Source of the DNA: Octopus bimaculoides
Lineage: Eukaryota
Length of the DNA: 64,000 nt
NCBI RefSeq assembly: GCF_001194135.2
Contig: NC_068990.1
Location: 30,176,203-30,240,202, forward strand
Reading direction: 5' to 3'
The stretch's first letter is position 1; every line of letters begins with the position of its first letter. The translations under genes and the position numbers were made by a program. The notes below the pieces were generated by a model. It made no database searches and was not told the origin of the DNA. It worked only from the letters and a program-made list of their open reading frames with translations. Of the stretch, positions 40,301-55,300 are shown piece by piece.

Positions 40301-43300
40301 TGTTTGCCCCCCCCCCCCCAGCATCGCTTGACAACCGATGCTGGTGTGTTTACGTCCCCGTAACTTAGTGGTTCGGCAGAAGAGACCGATAGAATAAGTT
40401 CTAGGCTTACAAAGAATAAGTCCTGGGGTCGATTTGCATGACTAAAGGTGGTGCTCCAGCATGGCCACAGGTAAAAGAGTAAAGAGTAAGTGTTGAAACT
40501 GGTTTTTGCTTTATTTGATTAGTTATATTTTATTAATGATAAATTATTTGACCAAGCTTGGATTCAGATTTATCAAAAATTGATGTAGCAAAGAAATTCC
40601 ATTTTCCATATTTTTCCTTTTTAACAACTTCTAGAAAGAAGTACGCAGACTGAAGATTGGCGCTCAAAGGAACCGTGAGTATTTAATTTACTGATTGAAG
40701 TTTATTGGTGTGACACATATACGTATCATCATCACCATCATCGTCGTTTAACGTCCGTTTTCCATGCTGGCATGGGTTGGACAGTTTGATTGAGGACTGG
40801 CGAGCCAGATGGCTGCACCAGGCTCCAATCTGATTTGGCAGAGTTTCTACAGCTGGATGCCCTTCCTAACGCCAACCACTCCGAGAGTGTAGTAGGTGCT
40901 TTTACGTGCCACCGGCACGAAGGCCAGTCAGGTGGTACTGGCAATGGCCACACTCGAAATGGTGTATTTTACATGCTACCTGCACAAGAGCCACTCCAGT
41001 GTGTGTGTATGTGTGTAGGGATGTATGTATAAAGTGTGTATATTAAGCGTTTTCACATCAACCTACCTGACATCACCCCTGGTTCTTCAATGTCAACTTC
41101 CTGTTTTAAAGTGAACTAAATTAAAACTTTCCATCATAATTTCTTGTTAATTTACATGCAGGTATGGCTGTGTGGTAAGGAGCTTGCTTCCCAGCCACAG
41201 GGAATCCCACTGCGTGGCACCTTTGTCAAGTGTCTGCTACTACAGCCTCAGGCCAACCAAAACATTGTGAATGGATCTAGTAGATGGAAACTGAAAGAAG
41301 CCCATCGTATTTATATATTTGTGTGTGTGGTTGTCCCCCACCACTGCTTGACAACTGGTGTTAGTGTGTTTACATCCTTATAACTTAGCAGTTCAGCAGA
41401 AAAGACTGATAGAATAAGAACACCAGGCTTCAAATAGAAATAAGTTATGGGCTCTAACCATTTAACTAAAAATTGTTCAAGGCAGTGCTCCAGAATGGCC
41501 ACAGTCTAATGACTGAAACAAGTAAAAGATAAAAGATGGAAGATAAGCTCCAAACACCAGTTTAAGAAAGACAAAATTATTTTTTACTAAATTCTTCATT
41601 ATTTCCAAAATTAATTGAAATACAGTGTATTTGAAGAGAAACAGGTTAGCAAACGAGTTAATTAGCAAAAGAGTTAATTAGAGATGTATATTTAAATGCA
41701 ATGGCATATCTTCTGCACAAAAAATGAATTTGTTGAACATTATAAAATGGTAAGCCTAGACATTATTTTAACAAAGATAGACTTGTGTTGTATGAAATAA
41801 ATGTCAATTTTCACTGACACTGTTTTGTACTTCAAAGAATGTTGGATTAACCCTTTCGTTACTGTATTTATTTTGAGATGCTCTGTGTTGTTTCTTTCAA
41901 TTAATTTTAAATATAACAAAGAATTTAGTAAAATAACTTAGTTATCATTCAGCTTGTGTTAGGAACATAAATTGTGACTAAGGTTTGGTGGAAGATTTTA
42001 ATTCAAAACTTATGAAAATAAGACATTTGTACTACAGAATCAGAGGCGGTTTCAGCCAGGTTGATAATGAAAGGGTTAAGAATTGTTTCTCTATTATATA
42101 TTTTAAGCCTTTTGTGACCATATTTCTGTTGATATGCTCTGTGTTTCTTTCAATTTAGTAAAATAACTTGGTTATCATTAAGCTAGTGTTAGGAACATAA
42201 ATTGGGACTAAAGTTTAGAGGAAGATTTTAATTCAAAACTTATGTGAACAAGACATTTGTATTAAGAACCAGAACAGGGTTAATGAAGATAAAAGAGAGA
42301 TTAGTGTATAAAGGGTTAATGAAAAGAAAAGAGAGATTAGTGTATAAAAAGAAAGAAGGATGGGATTAACAACTGAATTTTGTTGTTGAGTTTCTTAGGT
42401 GTTAGAGAGAGAGAAGAGGTCAAATCTCAATGTGGAGAGGCAATTGGATCCTTGAGAGGCTGTGATTGTGAAAGGCAGACAGACAGTTTGGTGCTGCCAG
42501 GCCTAAGTAGTGTTTGGTCTGAAGTTTAGAACACTTTTGTCATCATATTTCTGTTGAAATACACTGGCTTTGTTTTAATTAATTTTGAAAATAACAAAAA
42601 AAAATTTAGTAAAATAACATTGTCCTCATTAAGCTGATGTTTAGAGCATAAATGAGAATGTAGTTTTGATGGAAGGTTTTAATTGAAATCACATTAAAGT
42701 GGGAAGTTTATATCATAGAACAAGGGACAGTTTCAGGTGGGGGGATTGGTATTAATAGAGTTAAGTTTGAAAACCTCTGTCAAAATGTCTCACAACCTTT
42801 TTATGAGCTCAAACATTAAAATCTCAAGGATAGACATATAATTCTATGTAGTATCTGCTTCTGCTTTACTGGTTTCTCATCTCACCACCAGGTGGATTTT
42901 ACCTTCCATCTCTTAGACAATCAATCAACAATAGCTCTTCTTTGCTAATGAGGAGTCAGTGTAATTTTGTGTTGATTTTTATGATGCTGTGGAGTTCATG
43001 GGATGCCAATGTATCAGTTTGTACTGAGATAGATTAACCGTTTAGCATTCAGGTTACTCTGTCAGATGTGGCTGGCACCCCAATGGTTACGATCACACAG
43101 GTTCCAGTTGATCTGGTCAACAGAACAGCCTGCTTGGGAAATTAACGTGGCTGAGCACACCACAGACATGCATACACTTGACACATTTCTCATGGAGATT
43201 CAGATTGAGACACAGCATGTGACAAGACTGGCTCATTTTGAATTACTGGTCCTACTCAGTTTTGCCAACTGAATGGAGTGGAGCAATGTGAAATAAAGTG

Positions 43301-43925
43301 TCTTGCCCAAGAACAGATCGCACTGTTGGGAATCAAACTCACAACCTCACAATCCTGAGGTGAATATCCTCACCACTAAGCCATGGCCCCTTCATATTGT
43401 TTTGAATGAATCATGAATTTACCTCAGTTTTGAGACTTCAATGACAATGTAGAGTAGGGGTGAGAGGCCAGATCTGGCCAGTTTGAACAAAACCAGATGG
43501 AATATTTCGACCAGAAATGGTTGGTTTAAATGCTAAAGAATTAAGAGACTGACCATGAAAAATTGAGGACAGTGGGGATGTCTGAAAGCAAGAAAGAATG
43601 TGTTTACTTGGGTGTCTTAAAAACCATTTTCTAAGATCTAAGTTAATGTCCTAAAGCATTTGGGAGAGTGTGCCAGTTTGTCAAAGATACCATTTCCATG
43701 AAGGTCTGGTGCTTCTTCCTCAGTAACATGAGTTTGGGCATCTTGAATGGTTTAGACAAAACAAAGCACATGCAGTAGATTTGAACTCAGAACCCTTAAG
43801 CTAGCAACTCAATACTTTATCTGTTCAACCAGTTTCCTTTCACAGCAGAAAACCTGAAATCAATTACTTTGTCTAGATGCCGCTACATGGGCTAAGTATT
43901 TCTTCAAGTTACACACACACGCGCA

Positions 43926-43980
<55 letters not shown>

Positions 43981-43990
43981 NNNNNNNNNN

Positions 43991-44036
<46 letters not shown>

Positions 44037-46254
44037 CCTCCCTCTTTTATGACTTGACTTTTATAAAATTCCCAAAATCAAATGCCACTTCTGTAGGTGC
44101 TTTTTAATCAGTTAAAGTTGCAATCTCAATATATTATCTCTACTTAGGTTTGCTAATTTTATGATAAAGGTCACAAGTTAAAAATCTTCTCATCATTATA
44201 ACAGTGTGTCCTGAAACAAAAGACACATTACTTGTTAAAATCTAGAGCAAAAAACTTTGAAAAATAATTATTGTTAAAATGTTAAAACCCCTGACACTAA
44301 ACTGAGAGTGACCTTGAAGGCAGGACTAGCTTCTCTCTGGGCACTGCTGCTGTTACTGCTGGTGGTGATGGTGATGAAGCAGAGAAAGAGAAGAGAAAAA
44401 AAGATGCATTTGTCCAAATGTGAATTAATTTCTGGGATTTAGCTAACTGATGTTACCCACATTGGTAAATAATTTTTTTTTTTTTTTGAAAGTTCATATA
44501 AAGCACAGACACTAGAACTTAAATGTTGATGCTACGAATGGGAAATGATGAAAGAAATGCAGGACTGCACAGGTAAAATCCATGTTGGTCTGTAGATGCG
44601 AGTGTTCTGGTACTAATTTGCAGAAAAGGTCAAGAAGACATTTGGAGCTTTTCCCCAAAACACATATTGTGTACAACCTACAAATGAATGAAGCGAGTTT
44701 GACTGAGATCCATGCTACTACTGTGGCAACTTATGAGCTGCCAGAGGAACATGTAAGGGGTTGCTTGATACATTAACTCACACTTTGAATATGTGTGTGT
44801 GTGTGTGTGTGTGTGCCAGTTGTACGTAAAAAGCACCCACTACACCCTCAGAGTGGTTGGCATTAGGAAGGGCATCCAGCTGTAGAAACCTTGCCAGATC
44901 AGATTGGAGCCTGGTGCAGCCGCTGGCTTTCCAGACCTCAGTCAAACTGTCCAACCCATGCCAGCATGGAAAACAGACGTTAAACGATGATGATGATATA
45001 TATATATGCACATACATATATCTGTCCACTGATTTATATATATTTATAGATATATACACATACATTCATTTGTCCACTAACCTACATACATATATCTACC
45101 TAGTGACCCATACACACACACACACACATGCACATGCACACACACACACACACACATGCACACACACACACATACATATATGGGTCAAGGGCAGACAACA
45201 ACTAGTAGGTCTCTTGGCATCAGTGATGGAGACAGCAACCTATGTTGTAGAGTGGAATCTGGTAACGTATCAACAAAGAAGATGAATCTGTTATTATGGC
45301 CAACAGATAATGTGGTGGAATGGGATGCGAGTGAAGAGACGATACTATTGTTCTGTCATCCACTCTTGTGTATACACTGTAATAATAATAATAACAATAA
45401 TAATTTACATACCGGACCCCTTCAATAAGCTTGAGTATCTTTTTAACTACTTAGTTGCCATAAAACTTTATGCTTTCAACTTTATCTCCATGTTGTCACT
45501 GTACATGCTTATTTATTTTCATTGGAAATGTTAAATTGCACTAATTATACAACAATAAATGGTTTTTCTGTGTTGTGGGCCATTTTCGTTGTCTGTTTTG
45601 GGGAGAAGGTGTTTTTCATTATTTTTTGTTTTTATTTGTTATTCGTTTGTTTATTCATTCATTTGACATTTCTAAAAAGTGTCCTCTCTTTATTTGACTC
45701 ACTACATTTTTGTTTTTGCACAGCTTCTATCTACCGTATTGGAAGTGCTCAGTCTGATAGCAGTGGTTATGTAGAATCTGACAGTCTGGTGGAGCCACCA
45801 ATGTCGTATCTTGATGCATTATCAGCCAATGATGTAATTATGGGTTTTTTTTTTACTTTCTTCTTTCATTTAAGACAAAAAAAATTATTTTACAGACTAA
45901 ATTAATATTAATCTGTGTTTTAATTTTACTTCAGATTCTGTCTTTAATCCTTTTTGTTTTGCTGCTGTCACCCCACATCATCATCATCATCATCATCATC
46001 GTCCTTAAGCTTAATTTTGTGTCTTTTGTTCCCTGAGTGGCCCTAATTGTCTCCCTGCATCACCTCCACCTCTTTTCCACCCGACCTTTGCTTTACCCCT
46101 TATGTACATGCTACTCCCCTCACAATGGTAAAGGTTAATCCTGTAGGCTCCCAAACTGCTGCTTATCTCATTAAAAACAAGAAATATATCCAGGTTTATA
46201 TTGCATACAAATCAGGTATACACATGCACACATATGAATTTGCACCTAGCCATG

Positions 46255-46288
<34 letters not shown>

Positions 46289-46342
46289 CAAATCTCTCTC
46301 TCTCTCTCTCTCTTCACATATATAACAAACTTTATATCTCTA

Positions 46343-46381
<39 letters not shown>

Positions 46382-49300
46382 CTCCTCTCTCACTCATCAT
46401 CGTCTCTCTCTTCCTGTCTGTTTCTTTCTTTCCCAGCAAAGATGTCCATTCTCATCTTATCTTGTAACTTCCAGGTCGGTGATCGAGGAGCTTATGACAG
46501 CAGCGAAGCCATCCATGCAGGAATCTGCAAACGACTCAGCATCAATTCAGACACAACAGTCAAAGACCTTGCTGCTTCTTCATCTTCATCTTCTTCCCAG
46601 TGTCCTTGTGATAAATCTGTTGGCACTGAACAAATCTTTAAATCTGACAGGGCTGTTTCTACTGATCCCTTCCAAAAACAAACTATGGCCAGTCAGACGG
46701 ACACATGTTGTTTCTGTACTTGGTGTGCTAACCCTAACCAAGTATGTGCACACCTACACTCTTCTGTACCTTACCAGTCTACAGTTTCTACTGCATATGG
46801 TATGTCTCTCCACATCGATGCCTCTAATAATTTCTCCCACATAACAGACCCAACTTCAGAAACGAGCCCTCGCTCGGCGAGCAAAAAGGAAACTTCTGTT
46901 CTCAATTTGTTCATCTCTGACGGAAATATTTTGTTCTGTGATAATGATTCTAACAATAATCAAAAATGGAATAGTGATGATGCCGATGGTTCTTCAAGAT
47001 CAGGTTGCAGTTACAGGGAGCTGGAATCCACTGTAACTAATCACCCGAAGAGTCAAATCTGTATGGGACATCAGAACTACCATTACAAAGATACTGATTC
47101 GCCATTTGGTCTGCTGAGTAGTCGTTCCATAAGCTGGAGAGAAGAGACAAGCAAAAATGTGATAGAATACAGAAAACTTCTAAAACTCACGAATCGGAAG
47201 ACATTTATACAAGTAAGTTGATAATGTTTTTGATTTGTGTACATGTGGCACATCTACATGCAAGTGTGTGTATGTGTGTGTGTGTGTGTATGTGCATCGT
47301 TCTTTTTCTCAGGGCTCCGCTTTGAAGAATTTTGAGTCAAATGAATCAACCCTAGAACTTATTTTTTTAAAGCCTGATACTTATTCTGTTGGTTTCTTTT
47401 GTTGAACTGCTAAGTTACAGGGACATAAACACACCAACATCTGTTCACAAGCAGTGATGAGGCACAAGCACAGACTCAAAGACACACACTCACAATGGAC
47501 TTCTTTTACCGAATTCACTCACAAGGCTTTGCTCAGCCTGAGGCTATAATAGAAGACACTTGTCCAAGGTGTCATGCATTCCACGCAATGGGACTGAACC
47601 CAGAACCATGTAGTTGGGAAGCAAACTTCTTAAAGCCAAGCCTGTGCTTATAATGTTGACTTCTAACCTAGACACAAAACCACAAATCTTAGACACGAGA
47701 GAAGTCAATGAAATCAACCCCAGTATATGTCTGGTATTTTTTTTACCAGATCTTGAAAGATCAAGATGAAAATCTGTTTCAGTCAGAAAATAGGAAAGAC
47801 TTAACCTGTGGACTTTTTTTGTAGATATTCAACAAAATAATTTGAGAACTAAAATTATTTTTAAGTGTCAGTGCAGCACTGGGTTTGATGTGACTGGTCC
47901 CTGTTACAATGTGTATGTTATAAATCAATTATATTATTAATGTGGCAAGTTGGCAGAATCGTTAGCATGCCAGGAAAAATGTTTAACAGCATTCCATTCA
48001 TCTTTATGTTCTGAGTTCAAATTCCGTTGAGGTCAACTTTGCCTTTCATCCTTTGAGGGCCAATAAAATAAGTACCAGTCGAATACTAGGGTTGATGTAA
48101 TTGACTTAACCCCCTCCTTGAAACTGCTGGCCTTGTGCCAAAATTTGAAATTCAGTATTATAAGATAATGACTATGTAAAGTTTTTTTTTAAATTTTATT
48201 TCTGTTTCTAGTCTTTTGTAAATAATCCATTCCTGCCATACACTCCTCGTGTCAAAATTGAAATTTGGGCAGAAAAACCAATCAACATGGTAAATATAGT
48301 TGGTTTCTTCCTTTTTTGTTATATACAGTTTTTAAAAAAATGTAATTTTTGAGTGTCTCCCTGCATGTGTTTATATATTTGTGTGTGTCCTGTATGCAGC
48401 CCTGTGCATAAATGATGTATGCCTTGTCTTACCTTTTTCTGTCCTCATTGCTGAGGGACCATGAATACATCTTTCTCCATCAATTTCTAGCTCTGGCCAT
48501 GGGTGTACATTCAGACAGTGATCTAATGGTCCATTCTTTGATGTCATCCAGCTAGCATCTTCTCAATCTCCCCCCTTTTTTTTGTTTCCCATTGACTTTT
48601 CCTCTTAGGATGTGGGCCCTGATGACATGCCCAGAATCCTGCTGCTTTCTCTTCCTAACAGTTGCTAAAAATTCTTTTTGTTCCCATTTTCTCAAGCACT
48701 AACTTGTTTGTTCAATGGTCAGTCCAGCTGATCCTCAGAACTCTTTGGTTCCAAATACTTTGAGTTTGGCAATGTCGTTTGTTCTTAGGGTTCAGCTTTC
48801 ACAGCCTTACAGTGCAACAGATTGTATGGATGGACAGATGGACCTACCATAATTCAATCACCTGTGAGAAAAAAGCATGAACATCACAACATCCACAATT
48901 CAACTTAATTAAAATTATGAAACTTGTGATAAAACAATTTAGGGATCGAGTTTGTTGTTGTCATACATATTATCCAGGAAAATCCAGAATCTTTATGAAA
49001 TGATCATCCTCTTTTAATGTCCATGTGCGCTGCTGGTATGGGTTGACAATTTGACACTGGGTCTGAAAACTGCATCATGCTCCAGTGTCTGCTTTAGCAT
49101 TGTCTCTAGAGCTGGATGTCCTTCATAACACCAACCCCTTCACAGAGTGAACTGGAGACATTTTTCATGGCACCAGCACTAATGAGGTTGCCACATGTCT
49201 TGCAACGCTATGAGCCCTGAGGGAACCGGTTTTATATGAGGAGATGAAGGCAAAAATGGGTAAAAGGATGCGAGCCGGGGCCAGAGCAGAGGAGCTACAT

Positions 49301-52300
49301 GGCTACTCATATTTTAGAAGAGGGCGTGGCAAAGACCAGGATGTAGTCAGAGAGATAAAATTGTGGTAAGGAAGTGTCAAGGAGGACTTAAGTGTCAAAT
49401 CTTTTTATTCAATCACGTTTTAAGTTTGAAAACTTCTATGTGTGTGTTGTTTGTTTTGTTTTGAAACACCTAAACATCCTGGCAATTTAATTACAGCACC
49501 TGCAGGAAGAGAACCAGCTAATGCAACATGCTGTTCAACGTTATAAGTTTGATTTGCAAATAATAGAAAGTACATTTTTATCATGTTATAACCACATGGC
49601 TGAGTTGTTATCTGACGAAGAGACGTAAGTGGCTTTCTCTCTTCCTTCTTTCATTTTTATCTTTTATCTCTTGAAATTTTTCTCTGCCTTGGGCTGGAGC
49701 TTATCTATGTTTCCAATATGTTGTGTGAATGTGCTTTATCTCTAAAGCCCCAGGATGGTGGAGTGGTGGTGGAGCATTAGTGATGTTATCAAGAAAATCT
49801 ATTATTGAATAGAAAATTGTCTTCCAGGTAATAATTGCAATTCCTGGTAACTCAGTGGACTGAAGCAGTGCAGAACAAATTGTTGCCCAACTCTTGAATC
49901 AGGAATCATTAGCTTAATTAACTCTTAATCCATGGGACTATTTTGCCATTGTAATATTATTATTTATTATTATTATTATTATTATCTTAATATAAAATAT
50001 GAAAGCTTTTGCAAATTGCAAGGAATCAGCTCCATATTTCATGGTACCTTATCTAGTTTCTTAAAGAAGTCTGGCTCATTTGAGGCTGGGGTGTTAATTT
50101 AGTCTCGTTAGCAATAATATCAACTAATACAGATTCATATATCAGTCACCTTTTTTCCAAGAAGTGTTCTTCTTAGTAATCAAGGTGTGTTGGAATATTT
50201 TTTAGTTGAATTAAAAGAAGAGACCTTCCTGAGATTCTTCATACCTGAGACAACTATCCACCACACAATCTTAAGACAAAAAGACACACACATGTATCTA
50301 TACGTGTGTGTGTGTGTGTGTGTGTGTAGGTATCAACAAATCACTCATCAATGATGTTACACTTCAACCCTGCCCCATCAAAGCTTCAAGACAAGCTGTA
50401 ACTACTTTTGTTGCTTATCATCATCATCATCATCATCATAATATAATTTCGTTTTCCTTGCTGGCATGGGTTGGATGATTTGATAGGAGCTGGCAAGGCT
50501 GGAGGGCTGCACCAGGCTCCAGTTGTCTGTTCTAGCATGGTTTCTATAGCTGGATGCCCTTCCTAATGCCAACCACTGTACAGAGTATACTGGGTGCTTT
50601 TTAAATAGTACCATAACTGACAGGGTCACCAAGTACCTTGCAAGACAAAAATCCTTCGACTGAGAGGTGGTGGGGTAGTATTCAGTGGGTGTGGTTTTGT
50701 GCCTGTTGAGGGATTTAAGGTGTAGAGGGGACAGATAATGGTGTCTTGCTGTAGAATAAATACATGGAAATCCTAGCTGGAACACAAAGGTGAATGAGTT
50801 GGAGGTTGAGTAAATCATTAAGAACCAAATACACTTTACTAAGACTAAAACACAATGCAATTGATGGGATATGAACTCTTTACCTTTCATTCTGCAAACT
50901 GCTGTTGTAACAACTTTACTAGTTGTGTACAACTAGTAAGTTGAACTTGATTACAATTTATAAGCAGGGCTTTTCAGCTGATCTGTCACTTCTTTCTACG
51001 TTGATTGTTAAACAAATGTTTATGTTTGTTACATTTCTAGGTTAATGATGGATGAATTGTATGAGTTGTGGACAGCTGTTAACATTGAGGTGGGTCATCT
51101 CGAGAAACTCTTAGCTGAACGACAATATTTTGTGAGGAATGGGAACAGTCAACTGACCACTTTGACATCACTCCAAGTTATTCCATTGGTAAGTCAGTAG
51201 CAATTTGTATTTAAATGGCTGCTGGTTTGTTACTGGTTGTCCTTTAATTCTATTTAGCTTCAAGATTTGTAAAACAGGCTTGGGAGATCAAATCTTATCA
51301 AAGTAGTTATAGTCATGTAAAATACAGTACACTAGAAAAATGTAAATTTTAGCTCTTAGAATGTATAAAATGAAGAAAAAAAATGTAGTATTTGGTAATA
51401 ATATAGTTCTATATTTAAGAGATGAGGAATTATGTACATTATTTACATTTGACGGATATTTGTCCTTATCTTGATTGTTGTTGACACGTTTTGGCTGATA
51501 TACCCTCCAGCCTTCATCAAATGTCCTGAGAGAATTTCGAACCTGGGTTCTCATTCCTAAGGTATTTTTCCATGTTATTATTATGTTATTATTACAAACT
51601 AGTCTGTAGATGCCAAACCAGCAAGGGGCAGCAGCTGACCTCCCCTGTTCGAAGGTTATAATGGACACAGGTTCATGTGTCACATAGCTAGCTAGAGGTG
51701 ATGGCCTCTTGGAGCTAATCAACAGCAGCATTTGTCCTATTTTTTTGGACTGCCATTTTGGCTTGGTGATATCTATTAATGTCTACTACTGCTGCCAGTC
51801 TCCTTTAGAGAGACTTAGAAATATTAATATTTCTAGTTATATAAATATTTTATTTATTTATGTGTTTCAGCCAAGTGGCTGCGGTCATGCTGGTGCACCA
51901 CCGTGAACATATATATATTCTTTCTTTCTTTTTATTCTTTTACTTATTTCAGTCATTTGACTGTGGCCATGCTGGAGCACCGCCTTTAGTCAAACAAATC
52001 GACCCTAGAANNNNNNNNNNNNNNNNNNNNNNNNNNNNNNNNNNNNNNNNNNNNNNNNNNNNNNNNNNNNNNNNNNNNNNNNNNNNNNNNNNNNNNNNNN
52101 NNNNNNNNNNNNNNNNNNNNNNNNNNNNNNNNNNNNNNNNNNNNNNNNNNNNNNNNNNNNNNNNNNNNNNNNNNNNNNNNNNNNNNNNNNNNNNNNNNNN
52201 NNNNNNNNNNNNNNTCTACAAAATCCACTCACATGGCTTTGGTTGGCCCAAGGCTATAGTAGAAGACACTTGCCCAAGGTGTCATGCAGTGGGACTGAAC

Positions 52301-55300
52301 CCCGAACCATGTGGTTGGTAAGCAAGCTACTTACCACACAACCACTCCTGCACCTATATATATATTTTAAACAAGATATTACGTTTCATACACTGACTTT
52401 ATGTCCACTCAGAATTATGAATCTTAACGAAATAATTAACTCCAAATATATTTCAGCATTACTGTACTTCATTGTGCCTGTCCCCTAATTTCCTATTTCC
52501 ATCCCCTAAATCAGGATTTCTGCCTGTCATAAAACAGTATCATTTTTTATATTTCTCATAAGTATGGGAAACAACCCTGGACATATTTCATTTTGTTTTA
52601 ACCTCATCAGCAAAGCATGATTTTTTTTTTCCCTCTCCTGATATTTATTAAAATAAATACGTTACCAGTCAATTACTTGCTTACTTGTCATTGAAAGTCT
52701 CAATTTTAATACTAACATTTCTTTCTCTTTTGCAGATGACTGAACTTCTTAAGGAACAATTGTGTGCTTTCCAACTAAACAATGACATTTTTGAGTTGAC
52801 TATGGAACCTCGCCGTTCTAATCCAATGCCGTTCTATCAGCAACCAGGATGGCAAACTCTCTCAGTACAAATGCAAAATTTGCAAAGTCAAATTACTGGC
52901 CATAATAATATGCAATCTGTTCGTTTTAATAGATCAATGGAAGAGGTACAGTCTAAGATTTTAACTAGTAATCACACACACACACACACAGGTTATCAAA
53001 CAGATGGCTATGGTTGGCTTGTCCTACCAAACTATCTTGCTGGAGGACACAAGTAATGTAAGAGTCCTTTGTATAACCTGTTTGTTGGGAAACACACCTG
53101 GCTTCATTCACCTGAGTTGCTGGGGGATAGGTGGTGGGGGGGAACACATTATTTATTTATTTTATGTCACAGTTTATGAACAATCTTGAAAATAGAGACT
53201 CTCAATGGTTCACTGCATTTCTGATGGTGAGGAATGACAAGGGAATACGTAACCCAGTGTGAGGAACTTCATTTCTAAACAAACTTTAGGTTTATTAAAA
53301 TGTTTTTGACATATTTTAACTTCTAAAGACAAATTCACTGCAGCAACCATGGAGAAAAAGTTTCTCTCTTATGGTAAGGGGGTGAAAACTCCATATCTTC
53401 CCCGTGCTTCTCTCTAGCAGATTTCCAGACCCACTTTAGCCTTCCTCAATGGGAAATACCAAGGGGAGATAACCCTAGGCAGATTCAAAGCTGTAGCTTT
53501 AACTAAAAGGCAGTCAGCATCAGTGACTGAGCTGTGCTAGTGGACCACCTGGTCGAAATAATAATAGCAGCAGTTCATTTATTCCTAATCACTGTTTGGT
53601 GCTGATGCTGCTATTGTCATTTGTAAAGCCTGTGGGCTTTGTTGGTTTCTTTATTTTTCTCTTACCAAAGTTTATAGTCCCTGCTGATATAAAACAACAA
53701 AGGGGATACACACACAGACTGTTTCACACAGTTGTTGTTTACTAAATTCCATTCCCAATGTACTAATCAGTCCAGAGCTATGGTTGAAGACTCTGGCCAA
53801 AAGTTCCAGACAATGGGTTTAAATATAAACCAAATGATTCTGAAATCAACACATTAATCACACTCATTTAGTTTGAATGTCTTCTGTGTGTAATCGTCAA
53901 GGGACACATTTGGTTTTACTGCCCTCACTCTACCTTGTTGCAGTATGCGGTTGAGCGTCCTCTATTGAAATATTTTACTGCAAAAGAAAGATTGATTCAA
54001 TAGTTTAAGTTTCACTCACCCAACTCTTAGCTACATTGAGGGTCGAGACCTCATGGGTCTGTTTTCTTATTAACAAAGAATGGATAGATAGACATGTTAA
54101 TCCTACCATGCCCCTCACTCAATCAAAAGCAGAAGGTGAAACCAAATCTTAGGAGTCTATGTAATAGGGGAAAACAGTGAGATTAACCCGATCAGTTGCT
54201 ATAAAGAGGAGCAGAAAGACTTGTCTGTCCTTCAAAGCTTCATCATCATCCATTTCCCATGTTGGCATGGGTTGGACTGTTTGACAGGAGCTGGCAAGTT
54301 GAGAGAGCTGAACCAGGCTCCAATTGTCTGTTTCGGCTGGATGCCCTTCCTAATGCCAACCACTTTATAGAGTGTGGACTGGGTGCTTTTTACATAGCAC
54401 CATCACATTATGTTGAAAGAAGAAAGACTGCTTTTCCCCACTTGCCCAGTCCTTCATCCTCTGCAATGGATTCTGCTGCTTGAAGTAATGTTTCTTACTT
54501 TTATCTCTGTTTTCAGCTGAAAGACTCAATGATGGTGGAAATTCAAAGAAACATAACCCAAAATTTTAACCAACTCTTCATGGTAAGTCATGCTAACTTG
54601 TAGCGGGGTCTACCTAGGGCTGTGGTTTATAGTAGGTTACCAGGTAATAACGGATTTCCAATGAGATAATATGCTAAAATGGAATATCAATTTTGACTGG
54701 TCTCAGGTCTTAAACTTTAAAGCAAGGTAAAATGTGGAAGATGTGGCATTTATTCCTTTCTCAATAGCATAAAAGTCACAATAAGAGAAGTGACAATAGC
54801 TTGAACTGAAAATCAAAACTAAATTGTAATCTCAGATTGTAGGAGTCTATTTTTGGTTTAAATCATAGTATGAAGGATAAAAACAGAAAAATCTTGGAAG
54901 ATAGGCTTTGACAGGTGTAAAAATACCCAGAATCCAAAGAATTTAGTCATTGGTCTTTCAAGATAAATTTGGAAAACAAAATATGGTAAAAACTACAACA
55001 ATGAACAACACCATCATCATCAGCTTCATCAACATCATCATCATTTAGCATCTTTTTCCAGGCTGCCATGGGCTGGTTGGTTTGAAAGGAGCTGGTAAGG
55101 CTAGGCCCTGCACCAGGCTCCAGATGTCTGTTTTGGCATGGTTTCTATGACTGGATGCCCTTCCAACGCCAACCACTTTCTAGAGTGGACTGGGTGCTTT
55201 TTATGTGGTACCATCACTAATAGGGTCATGTGATAAAGGAGAACAAAGATATCAATGCCTGATGTAAAGTCATTTATCATTATAAATGAAGCAAAAAGTA

